Origin: Azolla caroliniana | Taxonomy: Eukaryota; Plantae; Polypodiophyta | Assembly: GCA_043228905.1 (NCBI GenBank) | Contig: JBHGNT010000018.1 | Span: forward strand, 9,920,001-9,984,000 | Direction: 5' to 3' | Length of the DNA: 64,000 nt | Shown: positions 11,975 to 25,650 of the stretch, in pieces | Layout of the letters: every line of letters begins with the position of its first letter | Position numbering within the stretch: the stretch's first letter is position 1 | The notes under the pieces: generated by a model | Seen by the model: only the letters and a program-made list of their open reading frames with translations | What the model was told of the DNA's origin: nothing | Database searches by the model: none | Position numbers and translations under genes: made by a program

Positions 11975-14520
11975 ATCCGAAAAGGTCCGGACGGTCCGGT
12001 TTGCATCCTACTATATGTAGATGATCTAGTCGTCACCGGACCCAGACTCGATGAAGTTGGCCGTGTGAAGTCCCAATTGTCAGACGCATTTGAAATGAAG
12101 GACTGGGCTGGTGATGCATCGGATTGCCGATCCACCTCCAATTACATGTTTTTTCTTGGTAGCACGGTTGTTGCGTGGAGTAGCAAAAAGCAGCCAACAG
12201 TGGCTCAATCAAGCACTGAGGATGAATATTGGGGGGCTACCATTACCATGATCAACAAGCACTTGAGGGGAAGAACAGACAGCACTGGACAAGGAGCCGG
12301 AGAGGAAGAAAGAAGCAAGGGGGGAGATGAGCAGAAAAAGGAAGTCGAGCCGACCGAAGGAGTTGGGACATTCGAACAAGTCGGAGCTAGCGACAACAAC
12401 GGCATACTCAAGAAGGATAGAACCGACCGGAAGAAGGCCAAGACCCAGACGTGGTTCGATGTGGTGAACGGCCTGGAAATGGAAAATGAATCTTAGGCAA
12501 CTAATTCAGACAAGAGCTGGAACAAATCGGAGGAAGCCAATTTGGTTCACCAATTTCATTTGGAGGAGCGAAATCAACTAAAGGCCAAGCGGACGAGAAG
12601 GCAGCGGAAGTCGACAATGATACAGAGGAACCGATGGGTCGACAAGCATCAGAGTCATAACAATGAAGGTGCTGAGATGGGCCTGCGGTGCAGACAAGGC
12701 AACCAAGGAGGTCGAGGTGCGTAGAACAGGACGATTCACGGTGTCGCGAAAATACAACAAGGATACGTGAACTTGAGGCAGGACCCCGGGGCCTCCGACC
12801 AAAGAATATCATATTTGTGTGTTTATGTACTAAGAATTAATCGAAATAAGAAAGATTGACAAATTTCATTAACAAATAGAAAGAAAGATTACAATCAATC
12901 CCAAGATTGGGATTACAAAAGTTTAGCTTATGGAGATCACTTGAATAATAGATTAGAAGAAACTAAATATGGATTCAATAGAAATTTAGGGTTTTTGGCT
13001 TTGATAAGAGATTTTTGATTTTGAGAGATATGGCTTTCGTAGGGAAAATTAGGGTCTATGAGAGATATCCCCCGATAAGATAAGAGAGCTAAGAAGGAAA
13101 AGAAAATTAATGGAGAGAGAGTATCCGTGTAGGAAAAAAAATGGAATCTATATGGAGTTCTCCATTGATCGTAGCCTTCAATGTTACTTTGCATGCCCAC
13201 TTTTAGTTGCATGGCCTCTACTTTTAGTTGCATCCATTTTTAGTTGCATGGCTTTTTCTTTTAGTTGCATGCGACCGTCCACATGGCCGTTACTTTAGTT
13301 TTCTTTACTTTACTTTAATTAGCCACATGATCCTATCATCTATCCGTCTCAATCGTTGCCCATCCAATCAAGCCTCGTCCGGTCGCTGATTCCACCCGAT
13401 CACCGGTTCCGTCCGGTCGTGGGTTGGCGGATCTGCCCGGTTTCCGACACCATTCGATTGTCGATTTCGCCGGTTCCGGATTGCTCACCGACCGGTTCCT
13501 GTTATCTTTCTAGCCGGTTCCGGTATCCTTTCCGGTTGGTTCCGGTTTGCTTGCCAACCGATTCCGAATTGCTTACCAGCTGGTTCCGGATTCCTTACCA
13601 ATCGGTTCCGGTTCGCTTTCCGATCGGTTCCGGTTTGCTTACCGGCCGGCTACGATTTGCTTTCTGGACGGTTCCGGTTTGTTTTCCGACTAGTTCCAGT
13701 TTGGTTTCCAGCTTACCGGCCGATTCTGGTTCTATTACCGGTCGGTTCCCTTTTATTGCCAGTCGGTTTTGGGAATTTGGTCACATTTATCGATCTAGAC
13801 AAAGTGGCGAAAGTGCTCTTGGCACAAATGAAAAATGAGGGATCTCAATGTGCTTATATAGCCAGGGCCTTAAGTTTCCTATCTATGTGGGATAAATCAT
13901 AGTTCTATAACAACTACTAATCTAATGTAAATGAATTATTTCATTATTTTTTACATAGTGTGTGAAGATACACATGACAACGGGAAGCGGAACTGGACCG
14001 GACGAGGAGCATGAGCAAGGTGGGAGGATGCTAGAAGGAGTCGGAGGAAAGGACCAACTATTGTAGACACTAACACCACAATCCGACCTCAAGTTGAGCT
14101 TGAGGGGGAGTGTTGAGCGAGCAAGCTCAACCAAATCCAGATCAACTGAATAAGCCAGAGCTGGATCGGTGTCCGGATGGTATCCGGAACCAGGAGCCGG
14201 ATCGGGTTGAAACCGGTAGGCCGTTAGAGGTCTATGGATCTAGCCTAATACGTAGGCATAATTTTGGGAGTTAGTGTTAGTCACTCATATGAGCATTGAA
14301 GTACCTGTCAATACATTTGTCAGTCCTTTATAGACTTGTATAAAAGTGCTCTCTAAGCACATTCTATGTATACACGGAGTATTATTATTTTTTAATGGAG
14401 TTTTATGTTCTGCTCTCTTTGTCTCTCTTGTGCATTCTCTATTAAACCTTCTTCTCTCTACGTTCTGTTGGTATCCGGCTGACCCGATTTGTCATACGCT
14501 TCCACATACTAACTTTTACA
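11975..14520 (+). mobile_element. Ty1/copia fragment B2 (internally deleted RT/RH, PPT, 3' LTR 14111-14520)
   Basis: 'LLYVDDL', 'WSSKKQPTVA'; PPT TTGAGGGGGAG 14100-14110; TG..CA LTR. Confidence 0.88.
12742..13979. repeat. Solo LTR (gypsy-type) with 4-bp TSD ACGG
   Basis: TGTCGCG..CATGACA termini; ACGG at 12738-12741 and 13980-13983; terminal similarity to LTR 4400-5069. Confidence 0.75.
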
Positions 14521-15627
14521 GCGTCGAATTCCCATCTGTTGTAGATAACAGTTGTACTGGCCGGAAAAGTATTCTTTTCTACCATCCGATCGCAGACACT
14601 TGATTTTCCTCTTTGTTTTCAATTCTACAAGATTCTTCAAGTTCCAGAAACAGGAGAAAACATCATCTTCTTCTCTATGAGGTAAACGCATGTGTGTCAT
14701 TTGTAATCATTGATGAAGGAGATGAAGTATCGACTTCCTCTTATACTCACATTTTGTGCCACACACCACACATCCGAATCAATCAGGTCGAGCTTGTTAT
14801 GGATCCAATTTCTCTTGTTAGGGAAAGGAAGCCGATGCTACTTCCCTAATTGGAAGGCTTCACAAACTTCGTGCTTCGGGACACTGAACTTCAGCAAGCC
14901 GAACATGATCTATTTCTCTTGCAACTTTTAAAGCCTTTGGAAGTTGACGTGGCCAATCCGCTTATGCCACAAGTCAATGTCCGAGCAGATTCTAGAGCTA
15001 CTTCATTTTCTCCTAGGATGTAACTCTAGTAGCCATGCCCGAGCAAATATTCGTGCATCTTGTAATCCCAAGATCTGTAGTTGCTTTTGTCCAGCTTCTT
15101 TGTCAGAAGAGCACCACCCATGCCTTTGTCCATGTTTTTTTTCTGCTCTTTTCTGGAACCCTGCTACTGACTTGTGTCAAAAAGCTATGTCGACCACGAA
15201 GGATGCTTCTCAACCCTCACACTCTGATACCATGTAAAAATTTACAATTTGTGGAAGCTTGTGAACTGATTGTCAGTCGGTTATCCAGAAGATGAACAAA
15301 TCATTTACACAGAACACATACTATAAGAGAGACAGAGACAGCAGACAAAATATTCTATTGCAGAAAAATGCTCAATGTTTGACTACATACAATATGCCTA
15401 TAGAGCACTTTTTATACAAGCCCTGATGAGTGGGCTCACAAGAACTTGATGCTCATTACATGAGCATCTGACACTAACAAACTACAATATTCCTATTTAT
15501 TAAAATAGGAATATAGTCCCCTAGCGGCCTGTTGGATTCCATCTGATTCGGCCCAACAGATCGGTCATCCACTTCGACTCTCGGCTTCTTTAGCCGATCC
15601 GGCCCATGTTGAGCTTGCTTCTCAACA
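14521..15627 (-). mobile_element. Deleted Ty1/copia element D (LTR 15233-15627, PBS, gag start joined to integrase)
   Basis: PBS rc at 15222-15232; integrase 'KIKCLRSDGRKEYFS' in 14509-14700. Confidence 0.85.
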
Positions 15628-17066
15628 TTTAGTTATCAACAAGAATTGAATATACCTCAGGAACTCGTGTGACAATCTCCTTCATCTAAATTGCGTTATT
15701 CATTTGCGAGTAGGAATTTTTCTCTTACTCAATATCAATTCTTAGTTCAACATCATAACTATTTGAGATTTCGAACGCACAAGGAAATAGGCAGACAAGA
15801 TATTGTGGAAATAATTTTTGGATAACTATGGACTAATAGTCCTTGAAATATTCAATGACCAACAAAACCTCATGGGTTTTATGTCATGGTGGGTGAAGCT
15901 CGTTAAGGACTTTGATTGTCCATTAGATATCTTACGTTAATGATTTCTTAATATTTTCCTTAAAGATTTAAATCATATTCATAAGGGTAGCTTCATTAAC
16001 TTCATTAACAATCTGATCATTGTGATCGCCTTTGAGGAAAGTACCTTGTTGATAGTTTCATTTTAAAACCCTAGGCAAGAGCCGAATCTATTATAGATCC
16101 TATTCAACACTATATCCTCAAAGGAACTATTATGAGCATAACTATTGTTGTAGTTGTGAGAAAATTTATAAGGAATGAAGGGTGAGGATTTACTTATCCC
16201 AATTCTATGGTGGGATATCAATTTTAGTGTTTCATCACTTGGCTACATTTTATAAAAAAAACAACCAAGTGTGAAACATACACAAGGGCCTAGGGTTTGA
16301 GCCTATATAAGAAGACTAACGTTCATGAAGGGGCATCTCTTTTCTTTATTGTTTTGAGATAGATACTATGATAGTGTTGCCGTCACAGTGTCGTGGAAAT
16401 CTACGCGTGCGGGTTGGATTGGGTGGGACCACAGGGGTCACAGACTAGGGAGTCAGTGGGCGGGAGTCTTGTGTTTTATGGACTTTGACCTATTGGTTTT
16501 CAGCTCAGGTTGGCTTTGCGTCTCCTGGACCAAACCCAGGGTTTCTAATTGATTAGCTCCAAGACCATCATGAAGATTAACCCACAGTTAGGATCAAACA
16601 CAATATTAGACAAACTTTTGGTAAAGAATATACACGATTTAAGACACAAGAAAAATGGGTTTACAATGAATCGGCTTAATGCCATGATTCCAGTGGCTTT
16701 TACAAGAAATAGACTAAGGTACAATAAACGGGTTGTTGAGAATCAACCTCAACATAGTGAAACGTGTAAACACACCTTTTGAGAATTTATGATTACTCAA
16801 AGGTCAAGAGTCACACCACTACTCTCTACACATTACATATGTGTCATAGAATCATATTCTATGACACATAACTAATGAGTTAGATATTCCCCATGACTAT
16901 GAGTCTTCACATTCCCCATGACTATGTGGTTATTGTAGTTAGTTAATGAAGAGAGAGGGTGACTATATATAAAGCACTTCATATTAAGTCGGTTGCGACT
17001 CCTTGTAATGCTACATTCTGTATTTCTCAAGAAGAATTGGTCCATCACTATCGTAGTGCGACTACA
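15628..17066. repeat. Non-coding LTR-like remnants, boundaries uncertain
   Basis: TATA-like CCTATATAA (~16302) and CTATATATAAA (~16962), possible termini ..GTCACA 16387, TGTCG 16389, ..ACTACA 17066; no partner copy in window. Confidence 0.35.
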
Positions 17067-18402
17067 TAGCTCGTATTAGAGAGAGAGAAGGAAAAGAAAA
17101 GAAGGAAGAAATCTTGATCGACAATGAATACTCAAGAAGTTAGATCAAAACAACTTTGCATCTTGGGAGTACAAGATGTTGGCATAAAAGGCCGACTCCT
17201 TCCAAGTTGTATCCCTCCGAGTGTGAACTCGTTAATAAGTTAGGGCTTAGTATATAAGCCTAAAATTGTAATGAGTGACGACGAGAAGAGTATTGTATCT
17301 CTAAGTGAGAACGAACTAATAAGAAGCTTTCCATTAGAGCTTGCATTGTGTAAGTCCACGCCCATTCTATTTTTTCGTTTGCATTGTTTGTTGTTCAGAA
17401 CTGACAACAGATCCACACCAGTTTCCGCAAACCGCACTCATTACCAACAACTGGTATCAGAGCCGAATCTTTGATGCTCAGTGGAATTAGACAACAGAAG
17501 AAGCTCAAAGAAAAGACCAACTCAGAAATCTCAAGTTCACAAAACAGAATATGGCTTCAACATCCGGAATAGGAGTTGAAATCAGAAAATTCGACAGCAA
17601 AAACTTTGCCTTGTGGAAGAAGATGATGGAGGATGTGTTGATCATTCGAAGACAAGTTGAAGCCATTCGACACAACGAAAAACCTGCTTCAATGACAACC
17701 AAGGAGTGGAGATCAATGGACAAAATCCCACACTCCACCATCCGAATGCATCTGGCCGAAAACGTCTATTTCAGCATGGCAAAAGAGACAACGGCATTCT
17801 CATTGTGGAAGAAGCTATAGGCCATTTATGAAAAGAAGTCCTCATCTTTGAAACTGATTTTGATCAAACAACTGTTCAACATGAAGATGAGAGAGACCGA
17901 TCTGGCAACCTCCCACATCAACACCTTCAACCGGGTGTTGTCTGAGCTCTCGTCACAAGGGATCAACTTCAAAGAAGAAGTGAAATCCCTTGCCCTCTTA
18001 TCGAGCTTGCCGGCGAGTTGGGAGGTATTTTGCACGACATACGCCAATAGCCGGCCAATCCTAAACTTGGATGAAATAATCGGCCAAGTCCTCACAGAGG
18101 CCATCAAGCGAAAATCAATAGGACTAACCATCGATGAGTCGGCAGAAGCCAATCACTCGACAAAGTCGTTCGACCGACAGAATCGAACGAAAGAACAAGC
18201 TGATAGAACCGGTCGATGCTACAACCGATCGAAAATAGGGGGAGACCAACAACGGTCGAAGTCGAAAACGGGTTGATCAAGCGAGTACTGCACACACTAC
18301 ATGAAAGCTGGTCACAATGTTTCCGACTGTTGGTCATTAAAAAGAAAAGAGAGTGGTCGACGATCCCAACGGAATCGGGGAGATTCCGACTCGGACCACT
18401 CC

Positions 18403-20250
18403 CTAGTTGGCAACCAGTGACTTAGTGACCATTTTCAAAGTTATTGACTCAGTGACCATTTTCAAAGTGTTGAGTTTGTGGCGTTTTAATATTGTGCGTA
18501 TTTTTTCCTCGCCCATACTCATCCTGAACTGTGCTTCTGCCAATGCCTTCCGTAAATCAGTGATTTGTGCATTGGTTGCACCTTTTGTCTGCAACAGCTG
18601 TGCTTGAGCACCCAATAAGTTGAGTCATCGTTGTTCGGAATTTGATCTTGCAGAAGCCCATTCCTCTTGGACTTTGATATACTCTTCGAGCTCTTCGACC
18701 TGTTCTGCGTGTTGTTGCATGGTTTCCTGCTGTTGTGCTAACTGTCGGCGCAACCTTTGAAACAAATTTTCTTTAGCATCCAGCCATTTGCCGACTACTG
18801 TCTTTGTTAATTGTAACCGATCCTCCATTTTCTTTGATCAGTTTTCGACTTTCTCAGCTCTTCTTCTGCCTCCTTGAGTGCTGCTTCTGCATGTTGTAAT
18901 TTTTGTTGCAAATCTGGTTCAAACTCTAAGGGTCTGCTTGACAAAGTCTGCTGCAACAATTCTTCCGTTGTTTTCTTGTTGAAGTCGTTTCGTTAACTGC
19001 TGGTTTTCGGTTTGCTTATTTATGCATTGAACATTCAACATTTTCGATGTTGCCATTGCCTTTTTACACAGATCAGCCATATCTTTGGCTACTCTGCTTG
19101 CCTTTTCATATTCCCTATGTACCTCCACCAGAGCCTCATGCAATGGTGGCATCTGGATGGCTTCTTTGTTATTTTTCACATTCCGTTGTCGACCGATCTG
19201 ATTGACCTCCTGCTACTCCTACGGCTCGACAACTCCAATTAATGATTTCTGGATCATTATCTGATCCCGGTGTTCGTGTGCCATTCTCTCTGACGCATCC
19301 TGTAATCTATGGGCCAACCACTCTACTAATTCATAGGAAGTGCCGAATTGTAGAATGGCAGCAAGTTCATGTGCGGCCGAAGGAATGTCGGAAAATGGAG
19401 TTGCTTCCCTCACCGTTGTTACCAACAACTTCCGTTTCTGAAGTCTGGTTGTGTCGTTTGGATCGACATCAGGTACTTGTGTGGGCTGCGTAATTTGCTC
19501 CTCTGTTCTTTGTTTTTTCTGTGCAGGTTCCTCTTGCGGAGTCTACGGAAAACGCAACTCGCCCTTTGCTTTACCCGATGTTGTCGTTGCGTCAGTTGGT
19601 CAGGTTGGGGCGATTGTGGAGTTTGTTGTCGAGCAGGTACATAGTCTAGTTGGGAATTTTGTGACGACTTCGGAACTGTTGAGGGTACCAATTGTTGTGG
19701 TTCGTTTTCCGGTTGCGTGGTATCAACCTGCGTCAATTCTACTTCCTGCCACTCCTCACATTGTACCTGTTTTCGGGGTCGAGAAGCTGCTTGTGTCCAA
19801 TGATGGTGTCCTCTGTTGCTCTTGTTGATTTTCCGATCTGTCTGTCGGAAGAAGTACCGACAACCAGCGAGCAAAGATCGATTCCATTGGTTTCCCTTTT
19901 TGTACCCCATGCAGCTGCTCCCGTAGAGCTTCTGCTGACAACAACCCCCAGTCAAAAACTTTGCCCTCGTACATGGTGATTATGAAACCGGCTCTCTTTT
20001 TGGGCATACAATAAAATCGGGGACTAACAAAACCCACTTCTAAAAAAAATTGCCCACTTCATGAAAAAATTCGTCCTCCCCAGCCTATGTTTGAAAAGCT
20101 TTGGCCGAGGGAGAATATTCTCCAAAATACGATCTGAGCATATCCTTGTCCATTTTTTGTACATCATGAAAGCCTTCCCATTTTAATTCCAAAACTAGGC
20201 GTACCTGTGTGTTCGTTATTTTGGAGACGTCGATCTGCTGCAGAAGTTCT
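18403..20250 (-). pseudogene. Extra (3') ORF of gypsy G, coiled-coil rich, unknown function
   Basis: Fragments 19756-20037, 19219-19428, 18919-19179, 18625-18828, 18403-18615 lie downstream of integrase on the pol strand. Confidence 0.65.
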
Positions 20251-23200
20251 GCCGCACGAGGGTGGGGCTTTGCCTCTGCAACCTTGAGGAAACTCTACAG
20301 TTTCTTGTTTACGAGCCACTGGCGTAGGTTATCGGAAACAAGGATTGACATTATGTCTTCGAGAGAGAAAGATCGGAGTTCTGTGAAAAAAACTTTAGGC
20401 TATGACATGGAAGAGCAGAAAACTTTTCAGCGCGTATACGTTTTTGTCTCTGCGTTGTTGGCATAGAAGATGCAGAAATAGGTTTTAAGGAAACGAATCG
20501 TTGCATGATGCCTAGAGAATAGAAAATGCTACTATTAATGCAAGTAGTACTCTAAAAATAGTAATAATGGCTCCACTACTCGTTTAAAATCTGCATGCTA
20601 TTACTCCTAGGCTACTTATAGTGTTACAAAGACTTCCCCAAGATTTCTTTTTCTGACAGCTACTTACTTTTGCCAAGATAATAATAGTTAGTTACTTAGT
20701 CTCTCTTTTTTTTGTGCGACATCTACCACGTCACATTGCTATGATATATCGATTCCCTGTTCGAATTGTTGTTGGTTTAAATGGGCCGACAAAGTCTAAT
20801 CCCCATTTCTGGAATGGTTCTAAAGGCAAGACGGGTTGAAATGGCATCCTGTCTTTTTCTGTAGGGTGACCCATCCTTTGACATAAATCACATTTCCGAC
20901 AGTATTCGACTACATCTTTCATAACTGTCAGCCACCATAACCCACTGTTCCAAATTTTCCGAACAGTTTTTTCGCCAACGTAGTGTCCTCCCGCGATACC
21001 ACAGTGAGATTCCCTAAGAATTAACTCTTTCTCAAATTGACGTACTGCTCGTCGCCAAATTTCATCAGCTCCTTTATGATACAAAGTGTCATTTAAAAGG
21101 CAGAAATTCCGGTTGCGAACCACTAGCCGTTTTCTTTCATTAGCTAATAGATGCTCGGGTGGTAACCCTGTTGTAAGAAAATTTGTCATTTCGGTAATCC
21201 AAGCAACCTCAATCTCCTCATTTACTTGTACCGTCTCTACTCGAAATAATTGGCCATCCGGAAAATCATCTTTAACTCCTATACCCTCTTCTCCCAACTC
21301 TAATCGGCTAAGGTAATCTGCGACAGCATGTTGCAGTCTTGGTCTATGCAGAATGTCGAATTCAAATCCTTGAAGTAATAGCGTCCAGCGTGCTAGTTTG
21401 CCATTTAATTCATGTTTGGATACCAAATATAGTAAAGCAAAGTGATCCACATGGAATGTAAATTTTTTTCCCATAAGGTAGTGTCGAAAATTGTTGATAT
21501 TGTAAATCATTCCTAGAGCTTCCCTTTCAGTTGTCGAATAATTCCTTTTTGTTGTGGATAGTTTCCGACTAGCGTAGTAAACTGGTCTGTACCAACTTGG
21601 TTCAGATAACTACATTAGTGCACTTTCGATTGCTACGTCGGATGCATCGACAAACACATGAAACGGTTTGTTCCAATCAGGTGGTTGGACAACTGGAACT
21701 CTAGAAAGCATTTTCCTTAGACAGTCGTATGCATCCTGCTCCACATCGGTCCATTGGAAAGGTGTTTTATGCACCGCCATATGTAAGGGAATGGCAACAT
21801 CAACAAGATATCTGATCATTCTGCTATGCCATCTAATTTTCCCTAAAAATCGACTAAGGCTTTTAGAATTGGTAGGTGCTTGTGCATCCAATACCGCTTT
21901 GACCTTGTTTGGGTCAACTTCAACTCCTTCTTGACTGACAATGTGTCCTAATAATGCTCCACTTGTAACTCCAAACGCGCATTTTGCCAGATTTAAGCTA
22001 AGCCGACCTTTCTGACATTGTTCCAAACATAATTGCAAATGTTCGAAATGTTCTGACTTCCGACTATAGACATCAAAATCATCCAAGAAAACTTGCATGA
22101 ATGTTGGAATGTATTCAACAAAAATTTCTTGTATGACCCTTTGAAATGTGGTTGGGGTTGTTTTTAACCCGAACATCATTACGACCGCCACAAAAACCCC
22201 CCATTCGGTGACAAAGGTTGTCTTTTCTTGATCATCCGGATTCATCCTTACCTGATTATACCCGCTAAAGCCATCTAGAAAATTGTACATTTCATGACCA
22301 GCTACTACATCCAATATATCGTCCGTAAACGGTAATGGAAATGCGTCTGTTATTGTTGCTGCATTGAGCTTCCGATAGTTGACACATACCCGAATCTTTC
22401 CATTCTTTTTCGAGACGACTACAATCGGGCTCAGCCATTTAGCTTTTTTACAGGACCAATAAACCCTACCTTAAGTAGTTTATCTATTTCTTCTTTGACC
22501 TTAATTGCATAATTTGGATTCAAACGATACCTGCGTTGTTGAACCAGCTTCACATCTTTATGCAGATTAATTTGGTGTTGACAGAAGGCTGGATCCAACC
22601 CTTTCATGTCTTCGAAGGACCAGATGAACACATCCTTATACTATTTGAGTAAGACGATTAATCGTTGCTTGTCAGCTAACAACATCTCCTTGGCCATCAT
22701 TATTGTTTTTGGTTTGAGCGTGTTATCTTCCTCAATTAAATTTATCTCTTCCAATGCTGAAGCTTGGGACTCGTTGAGATACTTTCATTTCTTTTTCGAT
22801 AGCCTCTTGCTGAAGGCGGATTTCTTTCATTTTTGATCATCAAGTGGTACGTCATCGTGTGGATCAACATATGATGTAACAGCTTGTAATATGTCTACCT
22901 CGAACAAGGGAATAATTTTTGTGTTATCATCAAAATAATTAGTCTCTTCCACTTCGTCCAATCCCTCCATCATATTGACTGCCTCTACATGAACCGGCAG
23001 ACACTGCCTATTTGTAATTATCTTATTGTGGGTAGATACCCGAATTTTATTTTTTCCTTTTCGGAATGTTAATAAATTTTGATTCCAATTTTGCTTAATA
23101 TTGGTAGTCTTTAACCATGGCCGCCCTAACAACAAAGGATATGCCCTAGGAGCCTCCAAATGAAGCGCCACTACTGATATTTGAAAAGTTTGACCACCTA

Positions 23201-25650
23201 ATACGACATCTAATTGCCTAATTAATCTGATTGGTATCGGCCATTCTCAACCAGAATGGACATGCTTCCCATTTCATGATACCCAGCTTGTCACAAGTAG
23301 TTTTGTTAATTACATTTACTCCTGATCCACCATCTACAATAGCGCCATCTATTTCTTGGCCATGTATTATCACTCTTATTCATGGATTCTACCCATCCAT
23401 AACTGTCAGACTATTACTTGGCTGACTATAATTAACTGCTACCTATTCTATCCCTTTTTGGGCAATCAAAGTTGCCACTTTCTTCATAAACCGAGGAACT
23501 AACTTCAGTAATCCCGTCAAGGGTAATGATACTTGGCAATCAACCAAGATTTTCCAAGCTTCCTCATGTTCTTGTATGGCCATTGCTCCGAGTATCTCGT
23601 TAACTTGGTTTACCTCATTGTCTTGCAACATCCTGGACACATTATTTTTATTTGCTTCTTCCACCCATTCCTTGGATGCTTTTCTAACAACGTCCTGGAT
23701 CTCCCATTCTGATTGTTTACCTTTACTTCTGGTAATGACCTGATGAATTTCCGATATCACCATATTAAAGGTAGATGCTTTTCCTTTGATTTTAGAGGGA
23801 CATTGATTTGCATAATGTCCATCTTTCCTGCAAATATATAACAGTTAGGAGTGAATGATCCATTGCGCCTTCACCCTGTTCATATTGGGAATCTTCATTC
23901 GGATGTTCTTTCTGAGAATCATGTGGAAATTGTCGTGACACTTTTGGTTTATATAATTTTTTGTTGTTGGGCCGATTCTATTTATTGTGATAACGACCTC
24001 CTTGTTGTTGTTGATGACTGTTATCCTGCGGTGCTGAAAAATGTTGATCTCGATTCTGTCGATAATCATACTGTTAGACTTCCTCTGTCGAACCTTGATT
24101 ATCATTTCTCCTATATTCATTCCAATCATTGTGCGGTTGCCTTTCCGAATAATTCCGATTATCATACTGGTCATTGAACCTATTACAATTATCCTAGCAA
24201 CCATTTTCCAGAAAAATTTGCCGTATCGGCGCTGTTGCTTTGTTAAGCAAATTATATTCACATTGTTCTACTGAATGGGCCTTACAGTGACAGATTGTGC
24301 AATGTGTTCATAAACTACACTCGATTGTCGAATGCCCCATATTCAAACAAGTAGTACACTATACTGCATGGTGAAACTGTAATTCTTCCATAGTTGGCAA
24401 AGTATGATGCAATGCCGACATATCCATACTTTTTACATTTTTTGGATTCCGACCCATAGTAATGGCCTTATCAATCACTTGCTCAATTGACCGATTTCGG
24501 AAATCGAACACTGCTAGTGTTGTTCTTAGTGGTTCGCGAATTGCCTCAAGAAAAATATCCTTTAGTTCATTATCTGGAAATTTGTAACTACAAATTCAGA
24601 AAACGAATGACAAATTGTGACACCGTTTCATTGGGTTCTTGATATAATGCATAAAATTGAGCTATCAGATCCTTCTAAGGAATCTATCGATGAAACAATT
24701 GAAGAAACTTATTGGTTAATTGTTTGAATGTTTCGAACGCTCAGAAACCATTTTGAGCAAACCAATTTGCCGACTGGCCATCTAATGACAAAACAAACTC
24801 AGCTATTTTAGACTTATCCTCGGGTACCGCCGATAGTCACTGAGCTCCATGGTTTATTTCCCATATTGTCAAGAATTCCCTAATATGCGCTTCTGCATCA
24901 TCGCCTTCTCGAAATTTCGAGTAAGGGTAAGGCATATTGTCTTCACTCCAAATATCATAAAATGAGACTTCTTTAGGCTGATCTCCGTCTGACTGACTGT
25001 TAGATAAGTCGGGAACTTAAGACCACCTCCGACTTGTTCCTTGTTGTACTACCGCAACAGAATCCTCTTCGAGTCGTTTTGTAACCGAACATGTACGAGG
25101 ACGTTTATGATCGACTAGTGTATCTGGACCGGATGACGATACCATTTGACTTGTTCTCTGCTAATTGCAGATGCAACCAAGCGTGCCAAAATTATACTGT
25201 GTTGTTTGATCGACAACCGACTCGGTCGCTGACACACATCATTGTTTGAATATTCGTACTGAACGTTCTATCAAAGAATTGTGGTTGTGCGAATAGATAT
25301 TAAGTTATTGTAGTCTTATCGATGTTACACAGACATCGAGATCGTTACTTACGTAATACAGTTGTAGCTGAATATATTAAATACAGAAAAATAAACAGCT
25401 GCACACCGAGAATTCCTACAACTAAACTTATATTACTAAAAGTAAAACAATAGATTTTACAATGTCTTCGGTTCCTTTTTATAGGCAACCTCAATGACTT
25501 CCTCATCAAGAACTACATATTGCCCTATCGGCAACAACTACAAAACTTGTAACTAGCTATACTTTTCGGTATTAATTATTATTTAGCCAAAATGATGACT
25601 CATCAATCCTCTTCCTCGATCCGACTTCAACTTCGACTCCGATTCCGACA
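18410..25650 (-). mobile_element. Non-chromovirus Ty3/gypsy element G (Phygy/Tat-like), 3' LTR lost
   Basis: 5' LTR ~25200-25650, PBS TGGCACGCTTGG (25177-25188 rc), gag CCHC ~23810, PR IVDGGSG ~23330, RT FLDD 21610-22314, RH/INT 20731-21510 (integrase truncated). Confidence 0.9.
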
